From contig CM074515.1 of assembly GCA_037379345.1 (NCBI GenBank), positions 14,508,001-14,572,000 of the forward strand: a stretch of DNA of 64,000 nucleotides, given 5' to 3'. Under the pieces are notes generated by a model. It searched no databases and was not told the origin of the DNA. It was given only the letters and a program-made list of their open reading frames with translations. Numbering within the stretch: position 1 is the stretch's first letter; every line of letters starts with the position of its first letter. The stretch comes from Perna viridis. Taxonomy: Eukaryota. This document shows, piece by piece, positions 11,208 to 23,942 of the stretch. The translations under genes were made by a program, and so were the position numbers.

Positions 11208-13986
11208 CAACGAAATTATTTTTAACACAAGAAATATTAAAGTTTTTTGCCAACTTTCATTCCAATTGTACAATTTTGTAGTGTTAAAACATTATATCAC
11301 AATTCTATAAAGGTCTACAATTGTCCAGACTGTTCTGGGATTGACCTCTGCAGTCATATCAAGCAGTGCCCTGCTAAGTATTTTAATGGATTTTTACAGG
11401 AATCACAGGAACTTACCAATGTAGTTTACATTATACATGTATAAAGATGTTTTTAGGGAGATCTTACATGCTTGTGTTTATGATCACGAGAATAATTTTC
11501 TCTAGATAAGTTTTGCAGATCTGATTTTTATTTTTTTGTGAATTTCATGAGAGTAAATTTGCCCAAGTTTGCCATACTGCTTACTTAGGCTTTCAATTTT
11601 GGTTTTAAAAGACATACTAGTTCTGTCATTGTAACAGTTTTGACTGATTCATATATACATATGAAAGGTAAACTGTTTGGTTTCAACATGGAAAGCAATT
11701 TATATAGACAGTGCTAGGTAATGGATATATGTAATAAAGTTTTATATTTTATAATTTTGTTTTTTTCTATTGTGTAATTTTTAATTTTTTCATCTTTTAT
11801 AACATATTAGCTTGATGAATAAAATGGAACATTTCATTCTTCTAAAGTTAATTGACCTTCAAACATCAAAAGGTTAGAGATGACTGGGTACTGTTGGAGT
11901 ATGGAGTAATAAGATTTTGGAGAGAGATTTACAATCTCTTTAAGTATAGGATAAAATTCTTGTCAGAGGACAGAGTAATATACTGGTACACTACTTTGGC
12001 TCACCATATAACAAATATTTATTATGACCTATTTACTCACTGTCTAATCTGTTTTAGTCTAAAGCGTTTTAAACATCATGCAGTATAGCTATATGTTTGA
12101 TTTCTGTATTATTGTTTGTTGATAATGGATCCACTTCTGTTGATATTTCATCAATTCCGGGCTAGAATTCAAGTTTGTATTAGACTTATACACAATCAGA
12201 TTTTTAATGTGCTAGAAGGTCATGAAAGAAAACAACCTGCATGAATACACAATGCCCCATTCAATGACATTCTGACTCCAAGCCCCTTAAAGATATCCAA
12301 CTATTCGTTATCTTGCTTTCAGGAAGATAAGATTTTCCTGGTATTATGCACAACTACATATCATGTACTAACTACCTGCAAAGTTTCATGAAATTTAGTT
12401 ATGTAGTTTCCAAAGAGTTGTACTGACAATTTGCTTCATTGATAAGTCCAAAAGGCTACTACTACCACAAAATTCAGCAAATCAAAAATGCACAACAACA
12501 CATGTCCTAAGCATTTATATATTTTAATGAAATTTGGTTCAGTAGTTTCTAAGGAGTTATGCTTACAAAAGTGTGACAGACATGATAAAAACTGTCTCCC
12601 CACCTAAGTGTTACAAAGAGCTAAATACACTTCTAGACTGGGCGACAGAGATTAAGCAAATGACTAAAAGGACCTGATACGCTGAGGGCCATTTTTTGTC
12701 ATCTCTTTACAGGTGTTGATGTACAAGCAATTTATTTTTCCTTGGCACTTTTTTGTATTAAAGTTGTTGTGGTCTTGAACTATCTGTTCTAACATTGGCT
12801 TCTTCCAACATGCCAGACTCAATCCATAACCTGATTCTTTAATCTACATGTATGACCTTATAACTCAATAAAGTTCTATGTTTTTCCAAAAATTCAATTT
12901 GTTACCAAGTTTGATGATATTCTATTGATCATGTTCATACATGAACAAAATGTATAAGCATATTGACAAGGGTGTAGTAGAATAAATGGTATTGTTACAA
13001 TGTCTCTTCACAACTTAATTGGCATGGGAAATAACTTTGTAATTTAGATTTTAAAATAAGACGAGTAAGGTTTCAGGAATATATTTTTGTTTCAAGATGT
13101 GCTGTTCCATTCAATGTGATAACATTTCATATCAACATAATTCTTAACAATTTTATGATGAGCAATTTTCCTTAAAAATAAAATTTACAAATTACTAACA
13201 TAAAAAATGGTTACAAAATACTATTATATTCTATAGTTCAACAATAAAGTCCATCAAAATTTACAACCATATTTGTAGTTACAGCACACAAGTAAATAAA
13301 TTGTTTACACTGCTTAAAATAAAGAAACTTCTAGAAACTGATCCTACATCTATTAAAAAGTAAAAACTACATGAAAAAAAGCATAATGACACAAAATGAT
13401 GGTTTTATTAATGCCATGAGGATATATAATAATAGTACTGTACAGGGGAAGAAAACCACTAAATCATACAAAAGCAAAATTAAGTCAAGGTGTTCCACAA
13501 TATGTTGTGCTAAGAATAACCCAAACCCCCCGGCCCCCAGTAACTGAACCATTTCTGTCCAATTGATGCATCACCTAACAGATTACTTAATCATATGGTA
13601 AACAGGAAGTACATAAGCAGAACCTAGAAAAGAAAGATACAGTGCAAGTCATCACGCTTCAGCTTAAACCAAATATCAAAGCATTCCTTCCAACAGAAGC
13701 TGAGAAATCAGTTACAAAAAAGTGTAACAGACCGACAGACACTGTGATTGCAATATAGCTCCCACCCTAATGAATGGTGGTATAATATATGGTTAGCTCA
13801 TTAACTTATCAGTACATGCATTTTATGCTTCTGCAAATAAATAAAAATGAAGCTATATGACACTTCAAATAATTAACTAATTTTAAACTATCAATATGTA
13901 TTTCATTTCTACTTTGACAGGTACAAAACTGTTAAGTTAAATGAACAGTATTTTATGAAATGGAAGAAGATTGATGATTTATTTAA

Positions 13987-14198
13987 GGAGGTAGACCTAG
14001 GGTAAGGGAAACAACTCTTGAAATCAGTGATATGTTTGTATCATATTCAATTTCAACAAAGCCTATCAAGCTTTCATTTGAAACAGAATGAAATCAATCC
14101 AAGTTACTTTGATGCTTACAAAAGATTGATGTAAAATGCTAAATACAAATGTTCCAATGATTTTTAGGAGTTGTATCCCTTACCCTAGGTCTACCTCC
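13987..14198. mobile_element. 212-bp MITE with TTAA target duplication (Kolobok-like)
   Basis: ttaa|ggaggtagacctagggtaaggga ... tcccttaccctaggtctacctcc|ttaa. A second copy lies at 20049-20259. Confidence 0.85.
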
Positions 14199-14561
14199 TT
14201 AAAAAAATCATTAAAAACTAATGTGTAATGCCAATCTAGAAAAATGCCTTGCTGGAGAAGGAGGAATCTTCTCATTCAATCTTTTATATCAACATTTCTG
14301 TTGAGAAGTAAATAAAAATGTAAAAATAAATCAGCTAATTTTAAATCTTTCTGAAACATATTTATTGAACATTTTAATTTTAAAGTTGTAATGTTAAATA
14401 ATTTCCTTTATAGAAAACCAGTGAACAAAATAGTCTCAACTTATGAAGTGCACTTTATAAATGCTACATTATTTTTTAAGTATGTGAAGGTCTGCCTGCA
14501 AACCACACATTAAATCACATTCAAGTAGCCAATCCATATAAAGTTCACACACTACCTATGG

Positions 14562-14827
14562 CAGAGGTGATTCATGTAAAGAAAAAACATGTTGTATCTA
14601 CGTACAGCTCTGTATTTTTGGTGAAAATCATACATGCATAATTAAACTAAATCAAGAATAATTATCGTACTCTTACAAAGTGTCAATTTCATGTACGATC
14701 AATATATTTTTTATCTCAAACGTGGAACAACCAACTAAAAAACAAAGACTGGTTGTGTGATATTAAACGTTTTCTAACTGTCAAAAGGGAAATTTGTGGG
14801 TTTTTGACATGCATGAATCACCTCCTG
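14562..14827. mobile_element. Putative MITE with short TIRs
   Basis: cagaggtgattcatg ... catgaatcacctcctg. A further isolated end lies near 22677-22692. Confidence 0.55.
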
Positions 14828-17226
14828 CTTAATATTTATTGAGACAGCTACGTAATAAGGATAAATACATACTGGCACTACAATGACCATGAGATAAAGA
14901 GTTGGAATAATATGAAACACTAAGAATGTAACATGGTTTTTTATACTTTCATATTAGATTTTATAGGATTCTTGTTTCTGTAATAAACACTTGTAATATA
15001 TGTAAGATTAAAATTTCAACAGATAATTTTTCAGCTTTAGGAGTAAAAAGAATTTACAGATGATACTAGATGATTTTTGTTTAAAAGTACAATCTCAAGA
15101 AGTCTTACTATTTTGTCTTGACTATTAAATTTTTGAAACATGTGATTAGGCATTTTTCATTTTTATAATCTTATTCAAGAAAGTTGGAACTGATGGTATG
15201 AAAATTGCACACAAACCTTGCATGTTAATTAAATGAAAAACTAATGCAAAAATATATTACAAAAAAATACCTTGTATAATTCTTGATTTTATTCTAAAAT
15301 CTGATTCTGAATTAGTTTTTTGCCGTTACTTTTTCTTCTAGCTTCTCTTACCCAGCCAAAATTCCTGAAGGAGTTACTGTTTTTTTTATTTCCAGTGATA
15401 TCTAACTGAACTCTTTAACACCACCTGTTGGATGGTACTACTTTGATCAGACAACCACTACAAATTCTGGTAGAGTTTCTTAATTTTGCATCTAAAGTTA
15501 TTTTTAGTATACTGGAATGGCCTGGTAATTCCCATTGAAGTTGACATGCTAAGTGAAGATTATAGTGAACACATTGCAAGTAGGAACAAAATAAATATAA
15601 ATGAGGATCCCACATTATGGTAGACTTTAATATTAAAACATTTTTTTAATATTAAAAAAAAAAATCTTCAAAAATGAAATTTTAAACAGTAAGATGAGTT
15701 GAGGACAGAAAAATAAAAAAGTGAAATTTTATACTATGTCATGAATTTAACACAGAAAAATATTATCATAAAATCTAGAATGATTTTTCATGCAATATAA
15801 ATCTGACCCTAAATCTGACCCTAAGATTCTTCACTAGTACAACCAGATTAGAGAACCTAAACACTGCCAATATATTTATATTTAAACAAGGAAACTTTTA
15901 AAAACACTTAAGTTTTTATATTATCAATTATGGTAATGGAATGTAATTGTAAACACATAACTTATATTACATTATGTTATCTATGAACAGTCTGAAATCT
16001 TATAGCTGTAAAATTTTGGCTTGAGTTTCTCAGTGTATCACATTAGAATTGTTCAATTGTTCAAGTCAATTTCATTGTTTTAAAATTTTTCAGGAATGTA
16101 TGTGTTGTATTTGTTTTAAGGATTAGAAGTCAAATCATTGTCAACAATATCACTGATAAAATCATACAACTATCATTCTATGAATGAGGTTTTCAAGGAA
16201 GAATAGACCCAATCTTATGTATCAAATTTGATTGCACATTTCAGAAACATTGTGACCCTTTTAATTTCAATAAATAATTTATTACACCTCTATATCTATT
16301 TTCTACTGAAAGTGATGAAGCAGAAAGTTTTCTTTTTTCACCCTATGACTACTGACAATTTCCTACCAATAGCATAATAGGTATGTTTTTTTTTAATTAG
16401 GCATATTCAGAATTTACTTTTTAGAAAAATATTTGCCATGTAATTTTATGTATTACAAAATCGAAATAAATATAAAGATTTTTGAGGACACAAAGAAATT
16501 CAAGCCATGCTATTTTTATCTGACTATCCAGAGTCAATCAAATTAACTGTTACTTTTAAAATTAGATCATAAATTAGTGCACATGACATAAATAAATACC
16601 TAGACATCTGGAGGTATGTCCCAAATGAACTTATCAGAGACAGAAACTAAAACTGAAACTCATTAATTCTACATGGTCATTTGAAACTACAAATGCCTCT
16701 ATTGCACCTATCAAAAATTCATATATAATTTTAATACACATACACTGGGAAAGTCAATTGAAAACTATAATACCTTTTAAGTACAACCATATATTACATA
16801 TATTTGTTTATAGTAACAGAAAAAGATAAAAGATTTATTTAACTGTTATGAAAAATGTGTACATGTACATGTTAAGTAAAACTGAAGGTACATGTACTAT
16901 CCAAATACATTTATCTTGATAATTTTTTTGTATCAAAACTGAATGAAGAAGAAATTGACATTATACCTAATAAGTTTTTATCACATCTAAAAAGAAAGTA
17001 TTATCTAAAGATTCTGTCAGTGAATTCATTTCTTATTTTGTTTTAAAGCTACAACTTCAAAAATAAAAGTACTTTAGTACAAAAAAAAGCCAAGCAATCT
17101 ATAATTTTATACACATCGTAGAATATCATGAATTTTTTTAGTCGGTAAATAAAGTATAAAAACATACTGGAAAACATGGCTTTTAAAACAAAATACGGTA
17201 AAAAATACCCTAAATTTTCTTAAGTA

Positions 17227-17901
17227 TCACAGAATACTACAGCATCCATCTTTTTCTTCTCCACCAACAACAGGTACATTACTGGGCGCCTTGAACTTTT
17301 TCACACTTTCGTGATTATAATATGGAGGATTATTATTGTGTCCATTATTTTTGGAATGTTGTTGCTCTCTATTCTGTGTGGGTGATGTACTGTACTTATT
17401 CCTGCCTTGATGCAGTGTACTTAAAAACATATCCTGAACATGACTGTCTACTGCAGTTACACTATTTTCTCGACTTCGACTCTCCGATCTGTATTTTTTC
17501 AGATCTGACAAGTTCAAAGATGGCGTTCCCGAAGGATATCGATTTGATGTCAAAGAAGATGAAGACCCAGAGTTCACTTTTGTTAAATTAGTAGAATTGT
17601 CATCATGATTTTGCGCTGACCTTGATGTGTCATAGTTCAGTTCTGATGGTTTATCAGGTAACGACTGGTCCCTGCTTTGTGGAATGTCTGGTTTTTGATT
17701 TCGCTTATTGAAAGAACTTCTGCGATTGACATCTTTCCCTGGAGGTTGAGAACTTCTATCACTATCTTGCCTCCTAACCTCTCTCTGAATATCATACTCT
17801 TGCTCTTGTGGTTCTCTCCTCCTTTTATCCATCTCATCATCAATAATCAATTCTACTTCATCTATATTAGTACTGCCATTCATATTTTCTTTATCTTCCT
17901 C
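17227..17901 (-). CDS. PPP1R16A: PPP1R16A/B-like last coding exon (low-complexity tail, KFKAP motif, CaaX CCSIL)
   Basis: Acceptor ttttttttccatgtag, phase 0. EEDKEN is in frame with ORF 17227-17883, which ends KKFKAP...KDGCCSIL*, like the TIMAP/MYPT3 C-terminus. Confidence 0.85.
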   Translation of the reverse strand, partial: EEDKENMNGSTNIDEVELIIDDEMDKRRREPQEQEYDIQREVRRQDSDRSSQPPGKDVNRRSSFNKRNQKPDIPQSRDQSLPDKPSELNYDTSRSAQNHDDNSTNLTKVNSGSSSSLTSNRYPSGTPSLNLSDLKKYRSESRSRENSVTAVDSHVQDMFLSTLHQGRNKYSTSPTQNREQQHSKNNGHNNNPPYYNHESVKKFKAPSNVPVVGGEEKDGCCSIL

Positions 17902-18280
17902 CTACATGGAAAAAAAACAACAAAACTTGTCCAGTTATCTTCTACAGCTCTTAAAGCTTTTACTCCTAAATTAAGATAATAACAAATTTCCTGTTTACAA
18001 TTTCTATAATACCAATTTATTACTAATATATTCAGTTTTTTAACTTGGCTAGAATAAAGAAAAAAAGAACTACTAAAGTGTTTTTTGTCTGACCTCTGCA
18101 ATACTAAAATGTTCCTTGTCTAACCTCTGCAATACTAAAATGTTTCTTTTCTGACTACCATAATAAGTTAAAGAGAAGATAGTATATTGTTTCTCTAAAA
18201 GTAAGCAAGGCAGTCTTTTTATCTATCATCTCTTATGGAACAAAAAATTATATCCAAAGAATATATTGTTCACTGTATAC

Positions 18281-18298
18281 CGTCCTGATGACAGTACC
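18281..18298 (-). CDS. Candidate 18-nt microexon (GTVIRT) of the PPP1R16-like gene
   Basis: tttgcttgtacgctcAG|ggtactgtcatcaggacg|GTatac. Phase 0-0, which fits the flanking exons. Confidence 0.45.
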
Positions 18299-18482
18299 CT
18301 GAGCGTACAAGCAAATGTACTGTGCTACAACCTACAGAATGTACTGTTCTGTACTACTTTTTTTTTACATTAGAATTAACAGAGAAATTATTCAGCTATC
18401 AAATTTAATGTAACATCGTTGCTTTTACATATGTAATTTAAAGGAAATGTGGTTATTCACTTTTGCTCCATCCAATACCTAC

Positions 18483-18588
18483 ATCAATATCATTTTTTCC
18501 CCATCCAAAATGCATAGCTTCTTCCTTAGCTTCTTTCATAAACAACTGGCTTTTCTCTCCCCTCATACTGCTTCTTCTAATAGAGGCA
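18483..18588 (-). CDS. PPP1R16A: PPP1R16A/B-like coding exon (SASIRRSSMRGEKSQLFMKEAKEEAMHFGWGKNDID)
   Basis: Acceptor ttctattttcag and donor GTaggt. Phase 2 in, phase 0 out. Resembles the RRxS..K..EA segment of MYPT3/TIMAP. Confidence 0.8.
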
Positions 18589-20048
18589 CTGAAAATAGAA
18601 ATTATTCATATATCAATTCATTACAAATGGTACAAGTATACACATTACAAGTACCTCTGTTCCAGTACTGAAATGATGGCATCCATAATGAAAATAAGTG
18701 TTCATTTGCCATTGATAACAATTTTAACATATGAAGATATGTCCTTGATTTCCAAAAAGCTAAAAAAATCAAGCAATGAAAGTGCATGTATTAACTTGTA
18801 TGAAACATTGTATTTAAACACTCGAACATAAGACAAGTAAATCATGTAATGTACTGCCACTTCTGTAGTATGTACAGACTGAGGTATTAATAGTACAATT
18901 AAAATTAAATCTATCCATTAAGTTGATGCATGTAGTGAATGATTGGAACATATGGTAGGTCTACTTTTAATCAGATTGGTGTATTTAAAGTTTTTGTAGT
19001 TGTCTCCCTTTATTAAAAATCTACAGTTGAAGTTGAAAGCGATTTTTGGTCAATTTTTTGTTTTTTTGACAAATTGTAATTCATACAAAGTCAAAATATA
19101 AATTATAACTTGTACATTTTTTGACAGAATTTTAAAATAAATATTTTGTCTCAAAACTTTTGGAAAATAAATATTTTGATCTTGAAGATGGGAGAAAAAA
19201 CTTTAATTTACTCTGATCTGAACATCATATAGATATGAAAATGAATTATTCAATTTGATGCATGTCAATAATGTTAAAATAGTGAAAATATGTATTTAGA
19301 TCCGAAGAAATCTTCCAAGCCACACAACCTTCCCCCTCAATACTGTATGGTCATCACCTAAATAACATTCTGTACGAGTTACTATGTTGAAGAGCATTTT
19401 TATCCCCTTTTCCCCTACACAACACATTAAAATACAGAAATAATTTTTTTAGAGAAACTGGTAAATTAAGTCTATGGGGAAAAAATCTCATTGGAAGTTT
19501 TTTATGGTACATGTTCCCTGATACTGATTTTTTGTAATATTAAACATAAAAAAGTTTCATTGTCAAATTAAGAGTTAGTACTGAATCTAACAAGATACTG
19601 ACAAAGTGAGCTAGATTTATGGAAGGCTAAAGTATTCAGGATGCTCCTGAAAAGTCTACAGCTGTAATGGTTAAATTTTAAAATAGTTCATTACAACACA
19701 GAAAGCAATATCCCAAGTCTGAACAAAAAAAAATAAAAAAAATATTACTACAGTTTACACCAAAACAAAAAATAAAGTTCAAAACTGATGTTGATTTAAG
19801 TACAGTTCTGCCTAAGAATCAAGCAAAATGAGTATAAGGTTTAGCACAAGAAGAATATAATTGCAGAGATTATATTGCATTACCAAAGTATTTTACCTCA
19901 TTACCTCCAGAAATGACCAACAAATTGATTGTAAATTTTTTTGATATTGATAGGTCAAATTTAGCTGAAAAAAAAAAATGTTAAAAAAATTTTCCATATA
20001 TAAACAGTCAAAAAAATCTGAGTCACTGATGCTTCAGGATAAATTTAA

Positions 20049-20259
20049 GGTGGTAGACCTGGGGTAAGGGACATAACTCTTGAAATCAGGGATATATTTG
20101 TATTATATTCAATTTCACCAAACCCTAACAAGCTTTCATTTGAAACAGAATGAAATAAATCCAAATTACTCTGATGCTTAAACGAGATTGATGTAAAATG
20201 CTGAATACAAACGTTTCAATGATTTTCAGAGTTATATCCCTTACCTTATGCCTACCTCC
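20049..20259. mobile_element. Second copy of the TTAA-flanked ~212-bp MITE
   Basis: Same TIRs and interior as 13987-14198. TTAA on both sides. Confidence 0.85.
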
Positions 20260-21357
20260 TTAAATGGCTTTTCAATTGTGTTCTAGATGTACCGAATATC
20301 TTTGAGGCAAAAGACCAAATTAAGAAGAATGATATGTCACCCATTGCCTGATTCTAACAAACAAAAAAAATCCAAAAAAAAGACTGATTTTGACAAAAGA
20401 ATTGAAAGGAACCATTGGTGATGTTTCAGTAAAATTATGCCTTGTTATACATGACAACCTTTTCCCCAGTATGATAACAATAAAATAAACAATGTCATGA
20501 AGTTAATGATATTGTCAGGTACTTATGAATACACCCATGACAACAACAAAAATGAATGGATACCTATGTGAATAATCTGATGAGTGCCTGAAAACAAAAC
20601 AATCATGTGATAATGTAGAAAACAATAAACATAAAATAGAACATAAATAAAACAAAATAACTATCTTTAATACAGTTAATTCAAAAGTAATTTCATGCAT
20701 TTTAGTTTTACTATTGTGAATTCAGTATTTTAAAGTTACATGTAGATTTTAATTTTTGCAATATCTTCAATACCCCACTTCACACTTGCAGATATTCAAA
20801 ACTGATAGATTTAATTAATGAAGTGGTAGGCTGGGTATTTTATTCACAATAATAAGAATACTACATAGATAATTAGATACAAAAACTTCCAATTGACAGT
20901 AGATACTCCACAGTGAATATTGCCATAAAGTACATTTCTATGAATCCCTCCAGTATTCATGACAGTGATAAACCTGTACTAAAGGAACCTTTACCAGTAA
21001 TCCCTACTTCATCATGCAACAATGCAGTAGGCTGTTATACATATCATACATTAATCCTTGTATTTTAAATTTTCAGAATCAAAACATGGACAAAGCTATA
21101 TACAAAATGCAATACAAACAGTTTTTGCCTCCAGAAATGACACAACTAAATTCATCTCAAAGTAGCACAGAAACACACACCAAAAAAAAATACCAGACAC
21201 TGAAAGATATATTCATTGAGAAAAGTCCACACTTTAAAGCTGTGGTATAAAAATAATTGACCTATTATAACTTAAGTTGAACATTAATTGTTCTGCTTCC
21301 TTAAAAGACCTCACATTGAAAAAACAAAATTTTGCTACTGTGGGTATATGGACTTAA

Positions 21358-22082
21358 AGCCGCATTAGCTGTCAAATTTGTTCAGTTTTTATTCCACTGA
21401 ATTTTGCTGATTCAATGAAATAAGTTTGTAGTAATGCAATTGAAGTAATAAATGTTGATAATACCTACGGAATACTTTGAAAACAATGTTTTTTAATCAG
21501 AGAAGATCGATAGCTCTGATCTAATTATTTTTCGCCATTACTTCTGAAGATTGCCAACAAGACATTCACGTGGGTTAAAAATATGTTAACCTTGGTAAAA
21601 AAACAATAATGGATACACAGGTAAGCATGTGTCTTGTTTTCATTTCATTTCATCTATTTCTTGATTAGTTTTCAAATAGATAATGACCATATTTGTGCCA
21701 CATTATATCACAATGCGTAAATTTCAAAAGATCCTTGCATTATATTCGATTTTTTTTTTACGGCTCGAGCCTGCCCTTCTTCCTTGCCGTTGAATAACCA
21801 CTTTCGCTTTGCAAACAGATTTGTTATTGAAGAAGCGACCCTTATAGCACATGCACAGATTAAGGTCACCAGCAGTCACATGCATACGAATTTATCTAGG
21901 TCGATTTTTTTTGTCTTGCAATACAATAAATATATAGACACCTATTTTGTGTATTTAAATGCATTTTATTTGTGGATATCAAATGAAATTATCCAGGAAA
22001 AGTACAATTTAGTAGATATAATTCAAAGTTAAGGCAAATTTCAACAGAAACAAAAATTAACGAAAATGACAGCTAATGCACT
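21358..22082. mobile_element. ~725-bp non-autonomous DNA transposon with TTAA target duplication (Kolobok-like)
   Basis: ttaa|agccgcattagctgtca ... tgacagctaatgcact|ttaa, with imperfect extension of the TIRs. Confidence 0.75.
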
Positions 22083-23867
22083 TTAAGTCAATGTTTAAAA
22101 CCATAGGAAAGAGACTTTAACAACAATTTATAAGCAGAAATTTACATCTTTATGAAATTTGCATCCTGGAAACAAGTTTCATCCACAAAAACAGCATTAA
22201 TTTCCATATTTTTATCAGAGTATCTGAAAACAATTATGCATTTGATTATCATTTTTGTAGCAAAATATGCAAGAAATTAGCCTCTTAGAGACTGAAATAA
22301 CAACTGACGGAATTTTTTTTTAAAGAATAAAAAATCCATGATAAGTATCAGTCCATATAAAATTCAGACACTATCCATATTAAAATGATTTATGGTGAAG
22401 AAAAACCCACTGAACAAACAATTCTTTTATGTAACAGTTGTCCTTCTCATATTGAGATCTGTATTTTTGAGAAAATCATACATTTATCTCACACTTAAAT
22501 CAACCAAATGAACAAGAATAACAATGATAACTATTGCAAAGTGCTAATTTCATGAACAATCTATATCAATTTTATCTCAAAAGTAGAACACACAAATCAA
22601 ACAGTAGGACTGATTTTATGGTCTGTAACCGATTCTTAGTAAGAAATAAAAGTTAATTCAGTTTGTCTTTGACTTGCATGAATCACCTCCTGTCTGATTT
22701 TTATAAACACTGCTACTTAAATGAATACATAAATGCATAGGGAAAACCAGCCTTATATATCCTAGTTATCTGACAACAACAAATACTTCCAAGTCAAACA
22801 AATCACAACTAATACCATCTTTGTGCAAATTGGTTGCATTTAAAGAATGCCAATACCAAATACAGTTAAAGAATATTGTAATCTCATTGATGATAAAAAC
22901 TAACAATGCAGCTAAGAAAATAACTGCCATAGCAAAATGTGACTCCCAAATATTAAAAATAGAAGGTTTCAAACTTATCAAAATACTTCCTTCATAGATC
23001 AAAGGAAATGAACATGCATTGTGTTCTTATAAATTAACATGCAATAGTGATTTAGTACTTCAAATACAGTTACAGTAGAAGGAAATAAAACATTTTATAC
23101 AGAAACTTGTCATCAAAACATTCCATACATGTATTTAAATAACAGAAGATGACACATTTGTTCCTCTTGTTCAAATGTCAAAAAGTTATTACCAAGTCAG
23201 CAGTGAATGACCAATAAGGACTCACATAAACAGAGTAATTATAGATCAATTCAATTCTTAAAAATGGTCATTTTCAACAATTTGTAAGACAGCATGCAAA
23301 TGAGAGTTTGTTATATCTTCCAACATCACCACAAAAAGTACTGCAATGTTTTAAATTTCCATAAACAACCATTAAAGCAAGAGAACTATTGGATGTCCAT
23401 GTTACATGTTACTATAAATAACTCAAGGAATTTCCATTTTAGTCTGCATGCTCCTAATCGCCATGAAATTATGCACAACCTCTTTATTTTCAGCCAAGAA
23501 ATTATTGATCAAAGCACCAACCCAATCACTTCATCCAGCTAAACATATATTCAAGGAAACATTCAAACTTTTTCAAGTAAACAAATCTTAGAAGCACTTC
23601 CAAACATGTAGTTTTAAAACAAAAACATTATTACAAGTATTCAGAACTGTTACACAATAAAAAGATCACTATTCAACTTGAGAATTATATGCCAATTTAA
23701 AAGTAAATAACTTTATCAATCATAGAAAAAAGAAAAATTATAAAATAGGTTGGATCTATTGAAGGCTGAAATTCTTAAATCTCCCTAAACACCATTGACC
23801 CCTGTGCATAACTCCATGACATAGAACTCTACTGTTAGCCAACTTTACATGAAGGTTATATGATCAC

Positions 23868-23942
23868 CTGTGATGAAGGACATGAGGGCGGAGATCATTC
23901 AATGAGCTATTGGAACTATACATCGTACTGGAACTACCGATG
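23868..23942 (-). CDS. Candidate 75-nt symmetric cassette exon of the PPP1R16-like gene (IGSSSTMYSSNSSLNDLRPHVLHH)
   Basis: Acceptor aatttttcag and donor cagGTgatc. Phase 2-2, open in the correct frame, and richer in GC/CpG than its flanks. Confidence 0.65.

Noticed and set aside
20577-20596. ctgatgagtgcctgaaa as a minimal hammerhead core (also ctgatgag near 57370)
   Set aside because: Stem II and the flanking stems I/III cannot be formed convincingly.
20995-21003. 9-nt AG|ggattactg|GT microexon candidate (minus strand)
   Set aside because: The acceptor is purine-rich with no pyrimidine tract, and such a pattern is expected by chance.
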